The notes beneath the pieces are model-generated. The model was given only the letters and a program-made list of their open reading frames with translations, had not been told where the DNA came from and made no database searches. The position numbers and the translations under genes are program-made. 64,000 nucleotides of DNA from the human T2T-CHM13v2.0 reference genome, Homo sapiens. Each line of letters opens with the position of its first letter. Positions within the stretch are counted from its first letter, which is position 1. The DNA is taken from assembly GCF_009914755.1 (NCBI RefSeq), contig NC_060927.1. One strand, written 5' to 3'. Positions 55,731-64,000 of this stretch are shown here, in pieces.

Positions 55731-56226
55731 TAATTATGGTTGTTTGGTTTTCTTTGCAATACTTTATTCAGATCAAATTCTATTCCAGTATTATTAATTT
55801 TCAGGCCCATTTTTCAGGACCAAACCAACCCATCATTTAAGGAACACTTGATAGTGCTGTAAAATACTAGAAATATTTTAAATTATTAAAATTGGATACT
55901 AATAAAAATACAGCCCAATTGTTGCCAAAATCATTTACAGAATTTCTGATGTTTATAAACGATAGCATGCTTTATATGATCCTGGAAAAGACGGTGAGTA
56001 TTTATTTTTGTGAGTTAAAATGACACTCTTCTAAAAACAACATACACCCAGTTTGTAATGTATTTGCCTGCCAGCTATAAAGTGGAAAATGATAGATTTT
56101 TATTTTTATGTTGGCAAGTTATTTAAATATAAAACCAAATCTAAATGATACATAAACCAAATCCTGAGTTTTATGCAGCAATCAAATTAACTTTAAAAAT
56201 ATTTAGTCATTTCCTTAATATAGTAT

Positions 56227-56793
56227 TGTAATAACTGTCTATATGGCCCCCAAATAGGGACATCTGTGTCAACCCCCAGAATATGTAAATGTGACTTTAT
56301 TTGGAAAAAAATTTTTGCAGATGTAATTAAGGATCTTGACATGAGATGACCCTAGATTATCCATATGAGTCCTAAATCCAATGATAAATGTCCTCATAAG
56401 AGATATACAAAGGAGAAACCCACACAGCAGAGTAGAAGGCAATGTCAAGACAGAGGTAGAGATTCGAGTACTGTAGCTACAAGCCAAGAAACATCCAAGA
56501 ATGCCTGGAACAAGCAGAAACTGGAAATGGCAAGAATAAGAATATCCCATAGAGCATCTGGAGGAAACAGCCCGGCTGACACCAGGATTTTGAACTCCTG
56601 ACCTCCAGAACTGTAGGAGAATCAATTTAATTGTTGTAATTTAATTGTTGTAATTTTAATAATTTTTGTTGTTCTAAACCACCAAGGTTGTGGTATCCTT
56701 TTAAAAAATAGGAACCAGCTTATTATGTTTCAAAACTTTATTTATTTATCTCAAAATAAATTACTCATTACAGAAGCAACAAGAAACTAATAC
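56227..56793 (+). mobile_element. MLT1 (C/D-like) MaLR solo LTR
   Basis: ATGGCCCCCAAA...AATGTGACTTTATTTGGAAA...TTTGCAGATGTAATTAAGG...CCTCCAGAACTGT...AAACTAATAC. Confidence 0.85.
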
Positions 56794-58089
56794 TCCATTC
56801 TATAATTGTTCTTTTAAAAAAAAGCTTTTGATTTTTAATAGCAAATACATCCCTTTATAAATGTACACTAATCCTTGAGGGTCAGAATGAAAAACATACA
56901 CAAAAATATACGTAGCAAAGAACTACCAAATCAATACCTGTTTTCATTATCAATTTTGATAAGGGTAATTTGTTATTCATTATAAAGTTCCAAAATAAGC
57001 TAGTTTCCACTTTTTAAAAGAATTTTAGCTTTAAAGCCTGAACACCCCTCAATATATATCTAATGATTAAATCTTCCCTACATAGTGAATTAAGCACATC
57101 AAATTCCTATGACAATTACAGGGTTTATTATTCAGCAAATTATCATTGTCATCATATCTACTAAAACTTAACAATATTAAGAAGTGATTTCATAGCATTC
57201 TAAATAAATGTTATACAGAAAAATACCATAAATTTTGCCTTTTATCCTTATGCATTTACTGAGAAGAGATGGAGGGCAGAGATAAATTTGTCTATTTGTG
57301 GCAGGAAAAAATCTCTGATGTTTTGCACATGTATCCCAGAACTTAAAGTAAAATTTTAAAAAAATCTCTGAAATATTTGTGCACATTTGCAATTCATCAC
57401 ATTTATCACCTACCACTATTAGACTCTCTCTGGCATCCTTGACATCTCTAAATAACATTTGAATTCCCAAAATTCTATCAAAGATTCAAATTATAAAAAT
57501 TATTCTATTCACTAGAGCACCTAATGAGCATAAATTATTCTATTATGTACTATATATTACTTTTTAAAGATAATTTTTAAATAAATAACATAGATATACT
57601 GATTTTGACTCAGTTTTCTCAAAATTTCTCTAGACCAACATCACTCTCTCCCAACATTGTCGAAAGATTTCTTCAGAGGTACCATGACAACTTTTCACCA
57701 ATACCGTTTGTAGAGTAGGCAAAAGGATGCATGACCAAACGAGTTTGCAGTTCTTGAGGCCTTGTCAGCTAACATGGTCTAAACCAACTTAAGGCTTCAG
57801 CCTACATCCACACTGGAATAATTCTACAAGCAAACTCCATTCACAACCCAGAGTTTAGCAAATCCTACCATGTGTGTTAATCTAGATAATTATTTTTCTC
57901 TATTCATATTTTTTTGCTATAGCATTAATAAAGTCAAGGAGGAGGATATAAAGATTAATGAGTATAAGAATAGCAGGAGAAGAATGCAGTAAATTGTCAA
58001 GAGACTATGGTAGCTAAAACCTTGATGGTCACAGTCAAGACGAGGAGCTGTGTCTAATAAATAAAAATGCTAACAAAAGCAAGAAACCC

Positions 58090-58235
58090 AATAAAAAAGA
58101 AAGGGAAGGACAGGAGAAAAGGAAGGAAGGAAAGGGAAGGAAAAGGAGGGGAAAAGGAAGGAAAGAAAGGGAAGGAAAAGGAGGAGAAAAGGAAGGAAAG
58201 AAAGGGAAGGAAAAGGAGGAGAAAGGAAGAAAGAA
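58090..58235. repeat. GA-rich (GGAA/GAAAA) low-complexity purine tract
   Basis: Degenerate AGGAGAAAAGGAAGGAAAG units. Confidence 0.9.
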
Positions 58236-58819
58236 ATTCTAAAATACGCATCCTCATGTAACTTTTTCTAATCATAAGCAAATTTTTCAAAAATTTACTG
58301 AGTACTCAGGGTCTCCACTCACCTCTCATTCACTAGTCAGGCCACTGCGATCTGGCTTCTACTTCATTATTCCACTAAAGTAACCACACCAGGGCCACGA
58401 ATGATCTAACTGCTGAATCCAAATGGACTATTTCTAAATGTTTCCTTTCATGGTCTCACTATAGTGTTTGACTGCTTATCTTAACTTTCTGTCCTTTGCT
58501 TCTCCAACACTACCAGCTGCCTCTCTCCCACCATTACAAATAATTCATCATTTTAATGACGTAGGAACATCCTGATAACATATTATACTTCAGTGGAAAA
58601 AGCAAGCAGAATATATCTACTTTTTGCTATGTAAATATATTATAAATATATTAATATAGTAAATATACACATAGCAAAAGAGTCTAAGAAAGCATGAAAT
58701 GTATTTTCTCTAGGTGATAATACGAGCAATCGTATTTTTTTATTTTTCAAAGCAACTTAATAAAGATCATTTTTAAGTGCATATGAAGCAATAATTAAAA
58801 CACAAATACAAAAAGAGAG

Positions 58820-59500
58820 ATGTCTCTTCACATCAAGATCTTCTTTCATACCAAATTAGAGTGATCTTTCCAAATATGTTGGACAATACCATTCTCAGGT
58901 ATTTATCCAAGGGAAATGTATACATATATCTTTCAAAATATATAAGTGTAAGAATGTGAACAGCGGTATCAAATGTAAAAGCCTCCAAATGGGAAACTTC
59001 TGAAATGTTCGTCAACAGCAGAATGAATAAATAAGATGTGGTATATTCACTCAATGTAATACCAGAGAGCAATAAAAATGGACAAACTACAGCGACACTA
59101 ATTAGTGTTTTTATTTTTTCACTGTTTTTAACTTTTTTAAAAAATACATAATGCAGATACACTATCTCATTGGATGGTCTAGTCAATAAAACAATTTTCG
59201 TAACACCAGTGGAAAAGTCTCAGAAACATCATGTTGAGTAAAAACGCCATATACGTATATACTGTAGATTCCCTGCATATGAAATACAAAAAGAGGCAAA
59301 ATTAGCCCATGATACCAGAGTAGTGATCATCCTTGGGGATACATGGAACTGAAAGAGGACACACAAAGGCTTCTTAGGTGCTGGTTGTATTCTTTTATGA
59401 TTTGCATGCTGTTTACATAGGCATATTCAGTTTGTAAACAGTCAAGATGTACATTTGTAATTTATGTTTTTTTCTGTATATGTTAGATTTCAATTAAGTT
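58820..59500 (+). mobile_element. Old L1M (MC/ME) 3' fragment
   Basis: AGGTATTTATCCAAGGGAAATG, ATGTGGTATATTCA, AGGCAAAATTA, TTCTTAGGTGCTGGT..T.TTCT L1ME 3' motifs. Confidence 0.65.
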
Positions 59501-60919
59501 CCCAATTACTTAATTAAGAACCAGTGGTGTCTCTGAATGAGGAAGTATCACTACTATATTTCTGCATGGGTCACATTTTCCCCCATCAAAAATATCTGAA
59601 TCCTGTTAAATATTGCTGCACTTCCTTTACAAAATAGTGAAAAGATAATGATCAATTCAAAGGCAAACTTTTGCAAGCAGACTTTTGATTTTTATTTCAA
59701 ATCTAATTCCTGTGAATTACTTTTCCTCTGAAAAACCTGAGTACTGACATGTGTGTGCACAATAGAAGCAGAGTTCCACTCTCTGCAAATTTTCACTTTG
59801 TGCTATTATCTAACTTAATGCTGATGCACAGAAAATAGAAAAATACTTTTGAAATCCGTTGAGTCAGGATAACTAGGAACTTAGAGGACAATCAAAAACT
59901 AAAGGAAACACGTGTGTACTAGCAAAAAAAAAAATTACATATTAAGTTCTGAGAGGTCCCCTTAACAGCTGTGTGACTTTAGAGAGGTTTCACCTTTCTC
60001 AGTCTCAGTGTTGTCACCTGCAACGGACTCTTCACTAAAAGGACAAAACAACTTTGGGCATAGGAAATGTGTCTCAAAATAAAAATAGAATATTTCAAAT
60101 GTGTTTTATAATTCACTTAAGTTAATAATGCTATGATATAATCAAATGTCTATATTTTATGGAAAACTACTCTGAGACCATACTTGCATAATTTGTCTTT
60201 GCATTATGTTATCTACATGTGTGTATGGTCACTTGTAAGTCCATACCCATACTTATATTAAATGGGGAAACTTTGAGAGTGCTACATTTAGTCATTCTGA
60301 CATATTATTTGAGAAAAGGGAGAATGTTAATGTAATAGGTAAACTTTTTGCTCATATTAATAAAAATGATACTGAATCTCAACATTTTAGAAGGAACTCC
60401 GAATTTTTAATGAAACATTCAAGAATGGAATTCTCATTAACCTTGGACATCCTCCAGATGCTTCTTTGATAATATTAACTACCTTAAACACCATGTGGTT
60501 TCAGCCCACTGACCCATACAATACATGGTGTGAATGCATATGTGAAAGCTGAAATCAAAGTTTGGGAAAGGTGGGTTGCCCAAGTCAGATGAACCTCTAC
60601 AGGCTCAATATTTTTGTTAGCCTTTGTTGAGTAAAGTTCACATCATGTTTTTTTTTTCCCTTTAGCTACTTATCCAGATGATAAAATTGTGTGTTCAATG
60701 TTGTCTTTAATTTTAAAGGCAGTTGAATTGTTTGGAATTGTCTGGATAACAGGAATCTAAAGCCCTACACTAAAAGTTTCTACAGTATTTTTGTAGCCGA
60801 TGATGGACTTAATTAAAATAATATCAAGATTTTTAACTCTAAATTTATAATTAAAGATGAAATCTGCTCTACTCATTTAAATTTCAAGAAGCAGAAAAGC
60901 AAGGAAAGCCTCATAAAGA

Positions 60920-61035
60920 CAGAAATTTTGTATGCTTTGTTCATTTCTGTATCTCCAGCACTCAATACAATGGTTGGCACATATAACAGTAGTGCTCAAT
61001 AACTATTCATTGAATGAATGAATGAATGAATGAAT
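60920..61035 (+). mobile_element. L2 3' end with (TGAA)n tail
   Basis: CTGTATCTCCAGCAC...TGGCACATA...GTGCTCAATAA..ATT..TTGAATGAATGAATG. Confidence 0.75.
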
Positions 61036-62183
61036 GTTCCCCACTAGCAGACAGGGAAATTAACTTACATTGCCAAACCTTGCTTCGCCCACCAGATAAC
61101 TCATAAAAAGTTTTTATATTATGTCCTTTTTCATTCTTTTATTTGCTGGCTTTCCTCTGGTAATTTCTAATATTTATCATTTGAAAGAATTTTCAGTTAT
61201 TTGCTGTACCAATTGCTTTCATATAAAATATAATGCTCAGAACTAAAATCAGTTTCACAGCTGTGGTATAATCAAAAATGGTATAGCAATTATATTTCTT
61301 TACTTATTCCAGACATCATACGTTTAACTTTTAATTAAAATAATATTTAAATTATGCCAGTTTTGTTATTGATGAAAGCATTATAATTTTAGCTTATGTT
61401 GAAATTGAAGTCTATTAAACTCTTTTGACCAGGTATCACCAATACAAAAATACATTGAGGACTATATTAGAACACAAATGATAAATTTTACATTTATATC
61501 TATGATTTTAAAATTTCAGGTTTATCATTTCTACCTATTAAAATTTAAAAAAAAATTACGAGTGGTAAATATATTAGCCATCACTGTGGAGCAGTACCAT
61601 ACATACCTTAATCTAAAGCTCTTCCTTATAGCTAAATTATGCTCGTTTAAAGCAATTTTTCCTCTTAGAAACAATGGAAAGTTTGGCAGTTCCTAAATCA
61701 CCAGGGCTATTACAACTGATCCCTAAATCCTTTCTTGATTTTAGCTACAACTGTAGGTGATGGGTGGGGGTCTATGCAGTGATATTTAAATTCAGGAGGT
61801 ACAAGATCACACAGAAGAACAAAGAGAAAAATATGAACTAGGAAATGGGTAACATTCAAAAGGTTCTACCTACTAGAATTGAAGCTAGAAAAGGAAATTT
61901 TCTTCCAGCAATTCCTTGCATATGTGGTCTCTTCTCCTCATTCTTACCTTCCTTGAACCTCAAAAATAATGGAACATAAGGCCTACTGGTATGAATGAAC
62001 ACCAAGTCTTCCTTACTTAAATGCCTTTCTTATTCAAAGAGCCAGTTAAATTTTATGGAATGTGCTTATACTAACCATAAGATATTTTCTGAACTTCTTT
62101 TTTTTAACATAAAAACTCCTATGACACATTTTTATCTGAAGAATGTATCATGAGTTTAACACATCTACTTCATTTAAATTCAT

Positions 62184-62203
62184 ACACACACACACACACA
62201 CAC
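62184..62203. repeat. (CA)n microsatellite
   Basis: About 10 AC units. Confidence 0.9.
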
Positions 62204-62647
62204 TTAATTTTGGGTTCTAACCTCTGTATCATAGATTGATAGATCCTTGAATTGTACATTTAGGGGGATTCTTAGTGTCTTCATACTTTTCTGCTTTCTT
62301 TGAAACAGTGAGCATTTAGAAAATAAGAACTGCATCTCAATGACACTAGAAGGTAGCTACTTAATTAATTCATTGTGATAATGAAGATAGTGGTGGTGGC
62401 AATTATAAAGTATAAGTTAATTAGCTATGTTCACAACAATTTTCATAAAGCAATATTTTAAGAAAAAATGCCACACATACACTTGTCAAACGTATTATTT
62501 GTAGTATTCATTATAATTGTCCAAAAAAGGGAAATGGTGAGCTATATCCTTAATCATGTAACAAATATTTGTTGAGCAGTAGTCTAGGCACTAAGGATAG
62601 AGAAGTAAAACACAAATGGCAAGTTGCTGTCTGCATAGTGCTGCCAT

Positions 62648-62797
62648 TTCTTTCTTTCTTCCAGTTCCTCTTCCACTTGTTCTTCTCCTTCTTCTCTTCT
62701 TCTTCTCTTCCTCCTTCTTCTTCTCCCTCCTCTTCCTCTTTCTTCTCTTTTTCCTTTTCTTCCTCCTCCACATCTTCCTTTTTCTTCTTCTTTCTCT
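62648..62797. repeat. CT-rich (CTT/CCT) low-complexity tract
   Basis: Nearly pure pyrimidine run; source of several spurious E/K/R- or S/F-rich ORFs. Confidence 0.9.
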
Positions 62798-62874
62798 CAA
62801 GCATAGAAAAACATTATAAGCCCTATAGTCTACATCTAAATATAAAAATAACTGTAAGTGAATATTTGCCATTT

Positions 62875-63121
62875 GGAAGGCAAGGAGGAGCAAGTTATGT
62901 CTTACATGGATGGCAGCAGGCAAAGAGAGAGCTTCTGCAGGAAAACTCTCATTTTTTAAACTATCAGATTTCATGAGACTTATTCACTATCACAAGGAGA
63001 GCATGGAAAAAACCTGCCCCCATGATTCAGTCATCTCCCAATGGGTCCCTCTCACAACACATGGGAATTATGGAAGATACAAGATGAGATTTGGGTGGGG
63101 ACACTGAGCCAAACCATATCA
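62875..63121 (-). mobile_element. THE1 (MaLR) 3' LTR, truncated on the left
   Basis: Ends ...GGGGACACTGAGCCAAACCATATCA, i.e. the TGATATGGTTTGGCT LTR start on the minus strand. Confidence 0.9.
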
Positions 63122-64000
63122 TTCCACCCCTGGCCCCTCCCAAATCTCATATCTTCACATTTCAAAACTGATCATGCCTTCCAAACAGTCCCCCAAAGTC
63201 TTAACTCATTTCAGCATTAACTCACAAGTCCACAGTCCAAAGTCTCATCTGAGACAAGGCAAGTCCCTTCCATCTATGAGCCTGTAAAATCAAAAGCAAG
63301 TTAGTTACTTCCTAGATACAATGGGGGTACAGGCATTGGATAAATACAGCCATTCCAAATGGGAGAAATTGGTCAAAACAAAGGGGCTACAGTCCCCATG
63401 CAAGTCCAAAATCAAGCAGGGCAGTCAAATCTTAAAGCTCCAAAATGATCTCCTTTGACTCCATGTCTCACATCCAGGTCACACTGATGCAAGGGGTGGT
63501 TTCCCATGGTCTTGGGCAGCTCCACCCCTGTGGCTTTGCAGGATGCAGCCTCCCTCCTGGCTGCTTTCACCGGCTGGTGTTGAGTGTCTGCAGTTTTTCC
63601 AGGCAAACGGTGCAAGCAGTTGGTTGGTCTACCATTCTGGGGTCTGGAGGATGGTGGCCCTCTTCTCACAGCTGTACTAGGCAGTGCCCCAGTAGGGACC
63701 CTGTGTGGGGGCTCCAAACCCACATTTCCCTTCTGAACTGCCCTAGCAGAGGTTCTCCATGAGAGTCTCGCCCCTGCAACAACTTCTGCCTGGGCAACTA
63801 GGCATTTCCGTGCATCCTCTGAAATCTAGGCAGAGGTTCCCACACCCCAATTCTTGACTTCTATGCACTCGCAGGTTCAACACTATGTGGAAGCTGCCAA
63901 GCCTTGGGGTTTCCACCCCCTGAAGCCACAGCCACATCTCTGTGTTGGCCCCTTTCAGCCACAGCTGGAGCAGCTTGGATGCAGGGCACCAAGTCCCTAG
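63122..64000 (-). mobile_element. THE1-int internal sequence, continuing beyond the window
   Basis: Polypurine tract (TTCCACCCCTGGCCCCTCC on +) abuts the LTR; typical THE1-int sequence (CCTATGAGCCTGTAAAATCAAAAGC-like, GGTCTGGAGGATGGTGGCCC). Confidence 0.92.

Noticed and set aside
58054-58290. K/E/R/G-rich and F/S/L-rich ORFs (also 62550-62976)
   Set aside because: Translations of simple purine/pyrimidine repeats
60665-60750. TTATCCAGA...TCTGGATAA inverted repeat after a strong plus-strand acceptor
   Set aside because: Only a 9-bp stem with unpaired interior and no matching donor; not enough for a miRNA, MITE or exon call

Overview
AT-rich human genomic DNA (a near-consensus AluYb8, a human-lineage subfamily, indicates the species), intronic or intergenic in character. 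I recognise no intact protein-coding gene; nearly all ORFs in the track fall in L1, Alu or LTR repeats or low-complexity tracts. Main content: an old minus-strand L1M with nested Alu and L1PA insertions (1.7-9.2 kb); a solo LTR12C-type (ERV9) LTR (22.2-23.5 kb); an AluYb8 facing an inverted AluY (26.4-27.3 kb); a compound AGAT STR; an internally deleted L1MA element and an internal L1PA fragment (46-54 kb); an RPL21 processed pseudogene (54.0-54.6 kb); an MLT1 LTR; and a THE1 element running off the right end. Two largely repeat-poor stretches (about 15-22 kb and 29-37 kb) contain motif clusters resembling developmental enhancers, and there are a few candidate exons. The least explained item is a ~360-bp non-repeat retroposed insert with poly(A) and TSDs at 1.8-2.2 kb. 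I found no convincing new biological system. Repeat subfamily calls come from remembered consensus sequences, not a search, and boundaries of old repeats are approximate.
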